NCBI RefSeq assembly: GCF_036321535.1
Contig: NC_087439.1
Coordinates: 40,982,001-41,046,000, forward strand
Direction: 5' to 3'
DNA length: 64,000 nucleotides
Source of the DNA: Camelus dromedarius
Taxonomy: Eukaryota
Numbering within the stretch: the first letter of the stretch is position 1; each line of letters opens with the position of its first letter. Shown piece by piece: positions 1 to 13,330 of this stretch. The notes beneath the pieces are model-generated. The model was given only the letters and a program-made list of their open reading frames with translations, had not been told where the DNA came from and did no database searches. Position numbers and translations under genes: made by a program.

Positions 1-785
1 CAAGAGACATTCTTCCATTTGTCCAGGCCAGAAACTTTGGGGTCACCACCCTCCCATACACACATATTCCCTATCACGTCCATCCTGTTGGCTCATCCAG
101 TTCGACTGCTACCACAGTCTGAATCATCACTAAGAACTTTCTAACTGGATTATCTTTTTCCACATCGCTTCCCTACAGTCCTTCCTCAATAGAGCAGCAC
201 AAGATTCTGTTAAAACAAAAATCAGGTGAAGGCACATTGTTCAAAACCCACTAGTGGTTTCCCAATTGGCACAGAAAAGCCAAAGTCCTTGTAGTGACTT
301 CTAAGGCCCGCGGCGACCTGGCCCCTAGGCCTCTCCAACCACCTCCTTCTCCCGGTGTGGACTGGAGGGAGCCTCCCTGGCCTTCGTGCAGCTCCTCAGA
401 TGTGCCGGGGCGTCCCCACCTCAGGGTGGCTGCCCTTGCTGTTCCCTGCCCCTGAAAGGCTCTTCTGATAATTTAACATCTTATCCCCTCATCTTCCTCA
501 GGTCATTTCTCAAATGTCACCTTTTCAGTGAGCTCCTTGACCCCCAGTGCTTCCTGTCCCTCTTCTCAGCTTCATCTTTATGAGCAGCATTTAATAACTC
601 TCTACCATACCACTAAGTTGGCTTATTTACCTTGTTTATTATTGCTTCCACCAGGTATGCTATAAGGGCAGGGATTTTTTTTTTTTTTCCTTCCTAATTT
701 GCTCACTGCTTATCTCCAGAACAAAGTCTGGCTCATAGAAGTTTCTCACTAAACATCTGTTGAGTGAATGGAAGAAATGAACCAA
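1..785 (+). mobile_element. LINE2 (L2) 3' fragment, old
   Basis: Pyrimidine-rich L2-type body ending in a degenerate L2 tail (aaacatctgttgagtgaatggaagaaatga, ~751-780). Confidence 0.7.
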
Positions 786-3435
786 ACACCGCCTTCTTCA
801 TTTGCAAATAAAAGGCCTTGATAAACTTGGACTTAGAAGAGTATGTAAAGCTTGGCCATTTGATCTTACGAGACAATGTAAGTACAGCTAAGGGAAGCCG
901 CCTCGTTCATAAGATGTTAATTAGTCATTATGTCGTGCAACACACCACAGAAAAATCTGGCCAATTTACTATTTTGTAATATTGTAATATCTTGGCCAGA
1001 GAAGAAGGGAAGCCTGTCCCCACAGAGCAAAGCCTGAGTTAGCTGCCCTCCCTGCCAGCCGTGGGAGGTACTGAAGAGGAAGGCAGCTCATCTCCGGGAC
1101 AGAAGCAGGGTCAGGTCCACAGTTGGGGGGCTCTTGGCAGAACACACCTCTCACTAAGGTTAACTCATCTCAACAAGGGGGCTGGACAGGGTGGCACCAG
1201 GCTGACCTTCCTGGTAGTCAAAACATTAAACTGCTTCCATACCAAGTTGGTAAATATAGTTACCAACCTCCTCTCCTCTCATTACTCTGGTCCCTTCTAC
1301 AGAACTCTTCAGCTGTCTCCATAATCCAGCATGAGAAGAGTTAAAGCCTGCCACCCAAACCTAGGTTTTGATTCAGAGTCACTAAAGCCAATTCCAACTG
1401 CATCTGAGGATCACCCCTCACCCCCGGCTCTGCCTGGGTGGGTGTATGGGTGGATCCTCAATTGCTGCTTGGCCCTTGAAATAATTAGGAAAAGGCCCTC
1501 GGTGATAAAGAGCTGAGAAAGAAATGCAGTGAGGGATTGGCAGTATTTAAATATCATTTTGAATAGAACACAGTTTAAATAAAAACCTTCATACTGATGA
1601 TACGGCTCTATGTTCAGAAACTTTCACTTGCTATCTTATAAAAGCAACAAATTTAGGGATCGTTAGGGAGAAGGCCAAACATTCTCCTAAAACAATGTGG
1701 CACTTCACTTTTTGAAATACCGATCTAAAAACATCAAAAGCAGAAGATGTCATTTTAATATTTCTTGATGAGTTTACTTCTGTAAAGCCCTGTTCACACC
1801 TCACTCCTGTCACAGACCTGGTTTATCAGCAGGAACACAGTAAGTGATCAGTAAGTAAGTAGCGAAACATGAAGGCATGGCAGGATTTGCTTTTCTTTCT
1901 AACGCCGCGCTGAAAACGCGTTTCCCATGTTTAGACTGACTGCCTCCCTGCAGTCTACCACGGCAAGCCCTGTGCCCCTTTAGGTCAGGTTTCCAGTCAC
2001 TGTCATTTATTGGCCTCTTATATTACCTGACAAAAACAGTCACAACATGAATTTCTCAAGACAATAGTATCTGTTTAGGAGTTAGAGCTCTTAAATTTTG
2101 GTTATAATATAATAAAGCAGATAGCATAGAAATAAAAAAGGGAGGAATTTATATACACTGACTCACAAACTTATATGGACCTAATAACTCAAAGACAGAA
2201 TAAAAATAAACTCATATATTTCATTTATTACCCTAGAGGTCTTAAAATAAGCTAACTTTTTTTTTTGTACAGGATATTTACATTTCTATAGATAAAGAAT
2301 TTAAAATTTGTCAAAATACACATATTTCAGCGTTACAAATGCTAAAATATCTTTAATAGCAATTGTGGAGACAGTTGAGGGAGAGCACATTAGAAGGGCA
2401 AAGCCATGAACATCTTAGGGGAGCACATATGTTACAACCTTATTCTGCAGGACTGACCCCCTTACTGTATTGCACGGCGTATCATGAAAGCAAACAGACT
2501 TATATTTCTAGACCTGCAATTGGATCACAGAGACTAGGAACAAAGACATCAGAAGAGAACATGCTTGTCAGTAGTGCCACCAGATAAACTTATGTTACCT
2601 GCATAACTGGATTCAAGGGTGTAATTAGTGGTTACAACTTATGAAGTTTATGACAAAAATATAACTTTAACAACTGACTTAAGATGGGCCAAGGCAGGAG
2701 TTTTCGAGGAATAAGAATGGTGAGTTTAGATTATCAACATAGATTAATAATAGGAATATAAGTTTGGTTCTGAGATACGAATGATATTAGTATTAGCATT
2801 CAAGGAAATAGCTTAATATACATTTCTTCTTGCCTATAAGACAGAGGCAGGAGTTTTTAAATTTATTGTGGGTGGGTGTGTTTTTAGAGACTGTTACAAA
2901 AGAATTTGAATCAGCTAAGCAGCAGCCAGGAGCAAGTCGAACTTGGAGTTACTCTGTGTTAACTAAAATGTCACTATTAATAATAAAATGGAGGAACGCC
3001 TGGAATCCTGTATCTACTGAAAACATCCTTCTCTTGGGTAAAAGTCTGCAGGAAAAGAAAGGGTATTTAGGTAGAAGACCTAGGTGTTCCTAAACAGACT
3101 GAAGCCAAGAAAACCAGTGTATATTGTGGGAGACATACAGAATAATACAAACCCAGCACACAAGTTTGCTAAAAACCAGACGTACTCAACTACCACAGTT
3201 ATTTAAGTAAACACATCATGAGTTCCCATATAAAATGTTGAAAAAAAGAAAGGAGAAAGGTGAGAAGGCCACCAATGCATTCTTAAACCCTATTTTTTTT
3301 CCTGCACACTTCAGTAGTATGCTGCTTACCAGACTCCCAGTACTGCTGCTCTTGCATTAGTCAGGGCTGAGCTACCCCAGGTTTTGAGTATGAGTCTGTC
3401 TAACTGGAGTGAAGCTTACAGAGGGTTTGCAAGTT

Positions 3436-3672
3436 GGAAGGCAGCCAGTGTAATGGTTACCAAACACAGAAGCTTTGGAGTCAATGCCAGGGCTTAAACC
3501 AGGGAGCGTGGCATTTATTGTCCCTGCAGCCTTCTGCCTCCTCACCCACAAAGCAGGAGAAGTAACAGTACCGACTTCACGGGGGCTGGATGCTTACGTG
3601 AAGCGACCTGCGTAAAGTCCTTAGTGCTGCACCTGGCATCAGTGCACACTCCATGAACAGTAGTTGATATTA
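3436..3672 (+). mobile_element. MIR SINE
   Basis: MIR hallmarks: cagtgtaatggtta...agctttggagtca, aacagtaccgacttcac, gtaaagtccttag...cctggca. Confidence 0.7.
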
Positions 3673-6600
3673 CCACGTGTAATTTGTCTATTTTCAAGTA
3701 TGTGACAGCATAAATAAGATAAGCAAATGACAGTTATAATGTGGAGGTTAACGAATGTGGATAAAAGGAGGTATTCATCTGAGACTGCACTCTCTTCAGT
3801 GACGACGGTGGTAGGAGTCCTATGAGGGTCAGCCTGAGTTATAATCACCCCGACACTACTGCACGGACTGGTGCTCAGTCCATGTGTAAGACACATTCGC
3901 TGTGTGTAGACTCCACCTGGAACTCACCTCAGGCAGTTTCATCCTACCTTAAAGGACTTTAATAAAAAGCTAAATATCTTACACCAGTTTGTTAAATCTT
4001 AGTGAAGGGTACAGGGAAGTGTATTAGAGTATACCAATTCGAAATATTCCATAAATTTAATGTGAACAATTAAAATGAAAAGAACTGCTTATGTGGCTTT
4101 GGTTTTTACCACTTAGCTAAGGTATACTGCCTTTGGTCAAAGTATGACTGATACTTTTAAAAGGAGTTGTGATCAAATTATATTTAAGCCCAAACGATTT
4201 ACAAAACAGGAAAATAGAGGGGTTTCTTCTCACTACGGGAAAAACACTTGGGTTAATGATTAGAGATATTCAATTATTTACTTTACTTAGAGTCACTAAG
4301 TCTGCCTGCCCTCAGTGAAAACTGCACCTCTAACAGGAATGCAAGTCACTGAATTTTACGGTCTGTGAAAAGAAAAACACTGCACAGAGAAACAGAAGTC
4401 ACTAATGAAAGTGGCAAGGTCAAGCTGAAAACCATGCCAGATAGTTAATCCCTCATAATTCACATCCAGATCAGAACTCACTGGTTCAAAATGGAACTAA
4501 ATTTAGCTGAAGAAAATAGAATTTAATGGCATTCAATAGATTTATTTAGTACTAGCTCTGTACTGGTTATCAGATCACTTTGTTAATCATAATTGAATTA
4601 TAAGAGGTAAGTTATTCAAATCAATATATTCTGTATAAAAGAGTTAAAAGAATACAAAAAGAAAAATAATTTTTAAAAAAGACTATATCAAAGGATGGAA
4701 ATTCAATGGCCCAACTTGTTAAATGACATTGTTAAATGTTTGTATTAGAAGCTTTGGATTTTTGTTTGTTTATAATATGATTCAACATGTAGGGAGGGGT
4801 GGGGCTAAAGAGAACCTAAGCCATCTCTTAAAATTGTCTTAAAACTCATACAATTTTGTTTTCTTCTTAAGGGACAGGCTCCCATTATTCTTCTCCAACC
4901 TGGACATTCTCAATAAATGCTATAAAATATTATAAAATAACCTTACAATTAACCTGAGGTTTTCCTAATTTACTATGAATTGTAACCGAAGGACTGAACT
5001 TTCATATAACTGAAGGCCAAGCTTTAACTCTTAACTCTAGATGGAAGAATTCTGAAATAATTTTACACCTTAAACAAATAAATAAATTTTCTTAAACTTC
5101 AAAACATATACTTATTCTATCATAGTGAATGCAACATAAAAGTATAAGTAACATTTTATTGAATTTTCAAAATAGGCAAAGTTCTGAAGACAAGTTTTTT
5201 TAAAATTATAATGACATCAGTTTCATTACTGATTTGATTATAAAATTAGCACAATCTTCTACGAGACGCAAACAGTTCATACGTTGATGAGGAAAAAAAG
5301 AAAAATCACTGTAAATTCCAACAAATATAGGTCACCTCATAGAAGTCTTGGTGTCCAACCTTTCACAAATATCTCATATCTGTCCACACACACACACAAA
5401 CACACGTGCACATATTTTGACTTGTATTAGATGAATGCATACATGCCAGTCTGTCTCCTTCTTTGTTTATGATGTTTTTTGCCCCCCTAACATGCTATCT
5501 TTTGGTGGGCCCAGGGTAGTTTATTTTGCTGCCCTAAATCTCCTTATTCTATACTCTTTGCTCCCCTGGGTATCACTTCCTCCTGACTTCTAAAAATCCA
5601 AGACTTGTACACTCTCTTCTTATTCTCTCTGTAAACCAGTTTTAAGATCCTTGATTGAGAGCACTGGAAGTCTTAGCCTGTCTGAGTCAACTTAGATTTA
5701 AAAAAATCATACCAGTAAGGGGTGTAAAACATAGGGGTGACATTTCAGGTACCAGATTATTGTAATTGAGAAAGGAGAAACAGGGCAGTAGTATTAGAGC
5801 CCACCTATTCTACTAATTCTAAGGGTGTTTCTATCCATCTGCTGAAATAAATTCAATGAGAGGAAGCAATGCAGTTAGAGCTGGATTCACTTATAGGTGT
5901 CTAAATTATCATCACCAACTTGGGGTTACTAACAAAAGTTAGACCTCTTCAGAGGATTCTGAGTGACTGAGCTTGCTGCTAGATTTCTCTCAAAATCATC
6001 TAGTTTTAAACTCACCATTAGCCAATGATAACATCTGTGTTCTCTGGTTAATAAACTCATTAACCTGAACATATCTTCTTCAAGTTTTATATCTTTTACC
6101 TCTTTTTAGTAATGCCCAAAACACTTGTGTTGATTCTTGTGTTACAGTCAGGAGTTCAGGAAAAAAGGTGGTAGTCAATGTTTCATTTTGCTATTGTATT
6201 CTGGGGTTCAAAAATCTTTAGAGGAGTAATATCACAATTAGGTACAATATCTGGTTAACACTGATCAAACCAAAGGTCCCTGCAACAGAGCACTTTCATT
6301 TGTTAAAGGCCAATATGAGATAACCAAAACAATTGTGTACTAGCAGAGAAAGAAAGTCTTGAAAAAGACTTTTGGAAATTTAGCTACAAAACCTTATTCT
6401 ACAAGGAGAAACCCAAGCCATAAAGAAGTTCAATGGCTTGTTTTTCAAGGGAGAAGATGAAGAAGACAATGAGAGAAATGACCCAAAACAAAGAAGAATT
6501 ATAATAGACCTATTATAGATCCAAGACTCTCTCAAGCCAGGCTAGGGTTTCTTCTGCCCCAATATAATTCTTTCCAGCCCTTCTCCACGCACATCAGAAT

Positions 6601-9600
6601 AAAACCAGAACACACATTTTACAACCTGTGTCACACCCTTCCTTGCAAGGGTTTTATCTTTCACTTCCTGAGGTAATCTGCTTTCATGTCACCAACCCTA
6701 CAGTACCTTGAGAAAGCATATAACCAAGTCTTATTGGTGATAATTCCTTCCTTAGAGCATTTTTTTTTTAAATTCCAAAAATGCTAACTCAGTAGTACAT
6801 CTTGGATGAAAAAAGACAAGATGAACCAGGAGAAGGCAGAGCTCAGGATTCAGTTAAAAAGACAGAGGATGGCAGTAACCACGGTTCTCTCTGGTCACAG
6901 TGATCAAGACAGAGGGGTGTCTAGAGGCAGGACGGAGAACACTCAATATCAACAGGTAACTAACTGATTTCGGCCCTGGACAAGTGGAAAGCAGCAATCA
7001 AGGGAACAAACTGCGGCCAACTCAGTTCCTCCCAGGAAGGGAGTCCAGGTTGCATGACAGGCATTATCCAAGTGACCTCACCGTTTTATCACTGTGGCTC
7101 CAAAAAGACGCTTGCTTCTCTCCACCCTGACCTCTGTTAATACATGCTGGTCACCAAAGAAAGGCATGTCTCCCCGTGAGGTCCCAAGTGTTACAGCGGT
7201 AGAAAGGCTAAGTAAACGTCATACTATGAGAACTTCTAAAGGAAGACTCCTAACACTGATTATTTTCAATGGTATGTTATTAACTCAGTATGTACTTCAG
7301 AGAGGCACAACTTTTATAAACTATTAGATAAGGAAGAGAAATCCACACTAATTCCATAAACGACCTATTGTTCTTTGAACAGTATTGTTCTTTAAAATTT
7401 AACAACTTTATAATAAGCACAGTTCTTTACATTTAGATCAGAGGTAAAGCTGGCAGAAACCTAAAAAGAAATTGCTCAGGGGATTTTCATGAACATTATA
7501 TGGGTAACGTGGTTGAGCCCTGTCTGAAACATTAGGAAGTGCCATATAAGCATTAGTCATTATGTCTGCTCTTGTGTGATTATGACCCTTTGAAAAATCT
7601 GATGAAAACTGCAACGCAAATTGTGTCTCATACCTGGGAAAGCCTTAAAAGAGGAAGCATATTAAATATTATACCGTGCTGGTGCATTTCTCGACTGAAT
7701 GAAACAAGTCATATTTTTGGAAGTACAGACAGCTGTATCCTGTATATCAAGCTGAAAATGCCATGGCAACCACTGTTCCTAGGCAATTGTGGAATTATGT
7801 GTGTGGTCCACTTTCTATATAATAACTATAAGTGGCGAGTGGAGGTGAAAATCAAATGTTATATGGTAACCTGGAGGAAAAACTAAAAAGTATATTTCTG
7901 AAAAATTATAGATACATGCTCTGTTACAACACCCTCAATGACTCTGCATAAAATGACTAGATGAAACTCATTAAGTGAAACTAAGATGACATGTACACTT
8001 GCACATTTCATAACATATGACAATCTATCATCTGCTTGTAAAGCATGATAAATATTAAAAGATAAAATTGGGTAAAAGATGAATAATGTCAAATATTTTT
8101 AAAAAAACACATCAGCTGTTAAAAAACTAACAGTCTAAGTATTAAATTTCACTTGCATAATACTGTATGGCAAAGAATTTCAATTTCTCAACATCTGAAT
8201 GTTTGTCTGCAGCAGAATGCAAAATGAGACCAAGTAACATGCCCAATCAAGAGGATTCCTTATTGTGTTTCCAACCAAAAGCCAACACCCTAAAGAAAAC
8301 AAGGTACCTTGCTAGTAGCCTGGGAAAAGCAATTTGTTGTTGTAGTCACACATGACTCCCAGCAGCAAAGCCACCCCAAATGTACAAAAATGAATTCTCC
8401 AGAAGGTTCTGTGAATTCTATGGGTCAAGATTACCAACAGCTTCTGTCCAGCTCTTCTTCCTCTTCTTCAAATGTAAAAGAGGCTTAAAAGGCTAATTTG
8501 TCAATAATACTAGGACATCCTGTCGCCACTGACTTCGTTAAATGTGCTCTTCACAGATATTTGGTCAGCAGACGCAGTGCAGAAACTGGATTTCTGAACT
8601 TAGTTTCAATCCCAGAGTTCTAAGTCACTTTTAATTTAAGTCAATGTCATTGCATTTCTGACTTCTGTCATGTATGAAACAAATGACAATCTTATGTAAA
8701 TAACTGTACACGTTTTATGCAGTAATACATGTGAGCTAGTCCATGTAAATGACAGCATGGGCCAGCCCTTACATATGCTGTTGCACAAATGACATTTCAC
8801 ATCGCAGGCAGAATCATATTCACAAAATGCTTAAAAAGTACCAAGAAAAACTGCCAGAGAATTTCTAATTGGATGGTTTTCTCTTCCAAATGAGTATTTC
8901 TGTACAAGATGGTATATTCACCTTTATAAGGAAAATGACATAAGACCTGAAACTGTGAAAAGAATACAGGGAAATTTAGGGACATGCAAAGGACACTGTA
9001 GCAATGACAGTAAACTATGTATTCTTTTAAATATATTCTTTAGGTGGGTAGAAATCATTTTAGATGCAGAAATGTTCCCCCAAAAGGTCAGGATAAGTTA
9101 TTTTACTAACTGGGATCATAATTGAATCCTCTTTGGAAACTGCACAATCAGTTGCCAAAATTAGCTCAGAAAATCAGTGGCCTTTTATGTGAATATTTTC
9201 AGTTTAAGCTCCAAAATCATTATCCAAATACCTTAATTTGCCAGGACTGAGAAATGCCTTTGAGGAATAAGGCAAATTATTAAATATAGACAGCCAAAAT
9301 GTATAAAATAAATGTGGTTCACAACATTTTTCCAAGCTACTGATAGACTGACTTATCTGTAAGCCTGTCTAAGGCAAATATAATATCAATGTTACTTAAA
9401 AGAACATTAAAATAAAATCTCAAAATGAATAAAACTGTGCTAATTATAAACCACTTTTCATGCATTACTGTTATTTATCTCTCTAGTTCTGTTTTCTGGC
9501 ACTTCACCCAAAAGAGATAAGCATTTGCTATTTCTAATATAATTTAACTATTTCCAACATTTTCTTTCTGCTTTATTCAAAGGTTGCTTTGGGGGAAAAA

Positions 9601-9634
9601 ATCGGAAAAATCAGAATGCTGTACTTCTGTTAAA

Positions 9635-9650
9635 CAGCGCGCCCTTGTGG
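9635..9650 (-). promoter_or_regulatory. Candidate CTCF site
   Basis: Minus strand CCACAAGGGCGCGCTG differs at 2 positions from CCASYAGRKGGCRSYR. CpGs are retained in very AT-rich surroundings. Confidence 0.4.
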
Positions 9651-10399
9651 TTTATTTTACCTCCTAAACAATAAAAATTACAGGATAAGAATGTATCCAA
9701 AATTCTTCACGGACTTGGAAATGATTATGTCTTTATTTTTTTCCCAGCTTGATATTATTTTTAATCAGTAAAAAACAGTGCCTTTTTAAAATTTCAAATT
9801 CAAAACTAAATTGTTAAAATAGATATAAAACGTGGACAGTGATAATGACTATTTCGACAGTCTTCGATTTTAAATTTAAAAAAGCAAGCAGTAAAATAAG
9901 TAAAATTCATACATAACTGTATATGTTTTGCTGAATCTCCTAAATATTTTCATCTGGCTATGTAAAAATTTCAATTCAGGGATCATTTGATTTATTGCAT
10001 TGTGTAATAATACACACTACATTTTAGTTGTTGGTCCTTAAGCTTTCAATATAACCTTGCCAAAATTCTGGCTTTTCTGTAAAAGCTTAAGAAAATTATT
10101 GTCAAGAATTACCTGGGCCAATTAATATAAAAGTAAATGTAAGCAATTTTTAAGTTATCCAAGTACTTCTGAAAATTTACCAAATCACATGTGAAATACT
10201 AAAATTTTGTTGGACTGACATTCTCATTGTATATATTGTACATGTGTGAAAGCTGTGGTTAAAGTTTACTTATCACTTAAACACCTACTATGTTGCAGAA
10301 TTTTTCTGGGGAACACAAGTCCTGCCCTCTGGTTGAGGGAGAAAAAAAAGGGGGGAGGAATTTAACAATGCTATAAAATTTAGACAATAAAATAACTTT

Positions 10400-10760
10400 A
10401 ATGTTTATCTTTACAGGAGTAAATATTATGCAGCCTTTAAAAAGGGAAGCCCTTTATGTACTGATAAAGATATCCCAAATACATCATTCAGTACCAAAAA
10501 GTGACGTATAACATAGTATATGTAACATATGACCATCAAGAAAGAAAATCATATGTAGGATGTATATTGGTTTGAACATGCATCGACTATGTCTGGAAGA
10601 ATGCACAAGAAACTGTTAGTGGTTGCCTCTAGAAGAATTTGGCTGAGGGCAGGGTAGGAAAGGAGAATTTTTACTGTATTTTCCTTTTTATCTTTAGAAA
10701 TAAATATCATATCAATATACTACCTACACATAAATATAAATTAAAATAAAAAGGCACAAG
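10400..10760 (+). mobile_element. Old L1 (L1ME-type) 3' UTR fragment
   Basis: aaatattatgcagcctttaaaaag...aagaaactgttagtggttgcctct...A-rich end. Confidence 0.55.
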
Positions 10761-11011
10761 AGAGACAAATTCAGAGAAAGTAAGATCACCCCATGACAGC
10801 ATCTTTACAAAATTCTCTGTGAAGCAGGTAAAAGAACAGGTAAAATTTGAGTGGATAAGTAGGAATGAGGAAGATGGAGCTGGGTGGGGGGGTCACTATT
10901 CTGAAAGGATAGGAAGCAGGGTCTTGCACAAGTGATGTCAAATCTTTTGGACAGAGTTAGAAGCATACTGAAAAGGATGAGTAATTTTTTTAATGGTGCT
11001 TTCGAACAGCA

Positions 11012-11640
11012 CTAGAAACCAATAACAAAATGAAAAGGCAACCTGCAGAAAGGGAGATAATATTTGAAAATCATATGTGATAAAGGGTTAGTATCCAAAA
11101 TAGAATTCATACAACTCAAGAGTGGGAAAAAAATGGGCAGAGGAACTGAATAAACATTTTTTCAAAGAAGATTTACAAATGACCAATAGGTACATGAAAT
11201 GGTGTTCAACACAATTAATCATCAGGGAAGAGCAAATCAAAACTACAATGAGATACCACCTCATGCCTGTTAGAAAGGCTACCATCAAGAATATAAGGGG
11301 AAACTGCTGGCAAGAATGTGGAGAAAAGGGAACCCTTGTGCACTGTTGGTGGGAGTGTTAAATTCCTCCCCCCCTTTTTTTCCCATGGTGCAGCCACCAT
11401 GGAAAATAGTATGGAGGTTCATCAAAAAATTAAAAATAGAGCTACCACATAATCCAGCTACTGCACTTCTGAGGATGTATCCAAAGGAAATAAAAACAGG
11501 ATATTGAAGAGATACCTGCACTCCTATATTTCGAATTGCAGCATTATTCACAATAGCCAAGATGCAGAAATGACCTAAATGTCCACATATGGATGAATGG
11601 ACAAAGAAGATGTGAAATGTTAAATATATATATATGTATG

Positions 11641-11674
<34 letters not shown>

Positions 11675-12205
11675 GAATATTATTCAGCCATGAGAAACAA
11701 GGAAATCCTGCCATTTGTAACAAAATGGATGGACCTTGAAGGCATTACACTAAATGAAGTAAGCCAGACAAAGAAAGGCAAATACTGTATCGTATCACTT
11801 ATATGTAGAATCTGAAAAAAAAAGTCGAACTCATAGAAACAGCAGAAAAAGGTTGCCAAGGATGGGGAGCGGGGGTGGTGATGGGAGGAACAGAAAGCAG
11901 TTGGTAAAAGGGGGCTAACTTTCAGCTATAAGATGAATAAAGCCTAAGAATCTAATGTAAATGTAAAATGTGTTGATTACAGTTGACAACAATATATTAT
12001 ATAATTGAAATTTGCTAAGAGAGTAGAACTTGAATGTTCTTACAGAAAAGAAAAAAGAAAAAGATAATATGTGAGGTGATGGATATGTTAATTAAATAGA
12101 TAGTGGGAATTCTTTCATAATGTATACGTATTTCAAATCACCACAATGTATACTTTAAATATCTTACAATTTTATTTGTCAATTATACCTCAGTAAAGCT
12201 GAAAA
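11012..12205 (+). mobile_element. 5'-truncated LINE-1 (L1MA9-like): ORF2 C-terminus plus 3' UTR
   Basis: ORF track 11122..11361 and 11316..11507 give the L1 ORF2 C-terminal cysteine-rich region (TTMRYHL...[18 protein letters not shown] / VQPPWKIVWRFIKKLKIELP). It ends ...gtcaattatacctcagtaaagctg. Confidence 0.9.
11642..11671. repeat. (CA)15 microsatellite preceded by (TA)n, inside the L1
   Basis: Direct reading. Confidence 0.95.
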
Positions 12206-12489
12206 GAGAGAAAGGGAGGAAAAGAAGGAGGGAGGAAGGGAAGAAGGAAGCAAAGTAGCGCCTTCCACCCCCGCCCTCAAACTGTGATCAGTTTGCAGAG
12301 GGCCTTGAATGCCCAGAAAATAACAGCCAGCTATCCAAACTTTCTGAACGGGGAAGTGATGATTACAAAATATTTATGTGGCAACTTGTCAGACTCTTTG
12401 TGTTCTGAAGACAAGAAGGGGCAAGACAAGTTATGTACTGACCTTCCCCTTACCCCTCTGGCCCTGGGTTTCCCTGAGGCATGACTTTA

Positions 12490-13330
12490 GCAGAGGGAAT
12501 GAAAGAAAGGGACATGGAGACACTGTGAAAGGATACTGGATGAAGGACTGATTGCTAATTGGATGTGAAAAGAAAAAACATCAAAGATGATCTTGAGCTT
12601 TTCCATCTGGGAGAAAATAAAAAAGGTGAGTTTGATTTTAAGTACGGTGATTTCCAGGTAGTGATGAGTCAACAAGCAAACATGAGTTCAAACTGCAGGT
12701 ACAACAATATTGAAATTGGAACAGAGCTGATGTATTCGTTCCTAGGGCAGCTGTAACAAATTTCTGTGACTGGGCGGCTTCAAACTACAGAAGTTTATTC
12801 TGTCACAGTTCTGGAAGCTAGTAATCTGAAATCCAGGTGTCAGCAGGGCCATATCCCTCAGAAGGCACTAGGGGAGACTCCTTCTTTGCCTCTTCCAGCT
12901 TCTGGAGACCCCTGGCCTTCTTTGGCCTGTGGCAGCATCACTGCACCCTCGGTCTCTGCTGTCACAGGGCCGTCTCCTTTGCAACTCTGTGCCTGTGTCT
13001 CCCCTCTTAAACCAACACCGATCACTGGATTTGGGCCCAACTTAAGTCCAGGATTTTCTCATCTCTAGATCCTTGACTTGGACATATCTTTGCAGGGGAT
13101 ATTATCCAAAACACTACAGTGGAGAACTCAACAAAGCATAGATGTTTTCTCTCAAAGAGTAAATATAGGCTAAGACCATGGATCCAGGTACCTCCAAATT
13201 TACAAACTGGAAAAGGAACTGGTAGCAAAAGGAAGAGAGAGCTGAGCTATAACAAAGAAGACAGAAACATCAAGACCAAGGAGTGATCATTCTCTTAAAA
13301 TATGGCCGAGATATTAAGGAAATAAGTGTT
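12490..13330 (-). mobile_element. L2 fragment interrupted by an MLT1 LTR
   Basis: L2 antisense motifs (gactgattgctaattggatgtg, gagtttgattttaagtac) lie on both sides of the LTR. Confidence 0.55.
12731..13118 (-). mobile_element. MaLR solo LTR (MLT1A/B/C-type)
   Basis: TG...CA termini (tgtattcgttcctagggcagctgtaacaaa ... atccaaaacactaca) and the diagnostic cagaagtttattctgtcacagttctggaagct...gaaatccaggtgtcagcagggcc. Confidence 0.85.

Noticed and set aside
11088-11668. ORFs with L1 ORF2-like peptides on both strands
   Set aside because: Fragments of a truncated, disrupted L1, not genes.
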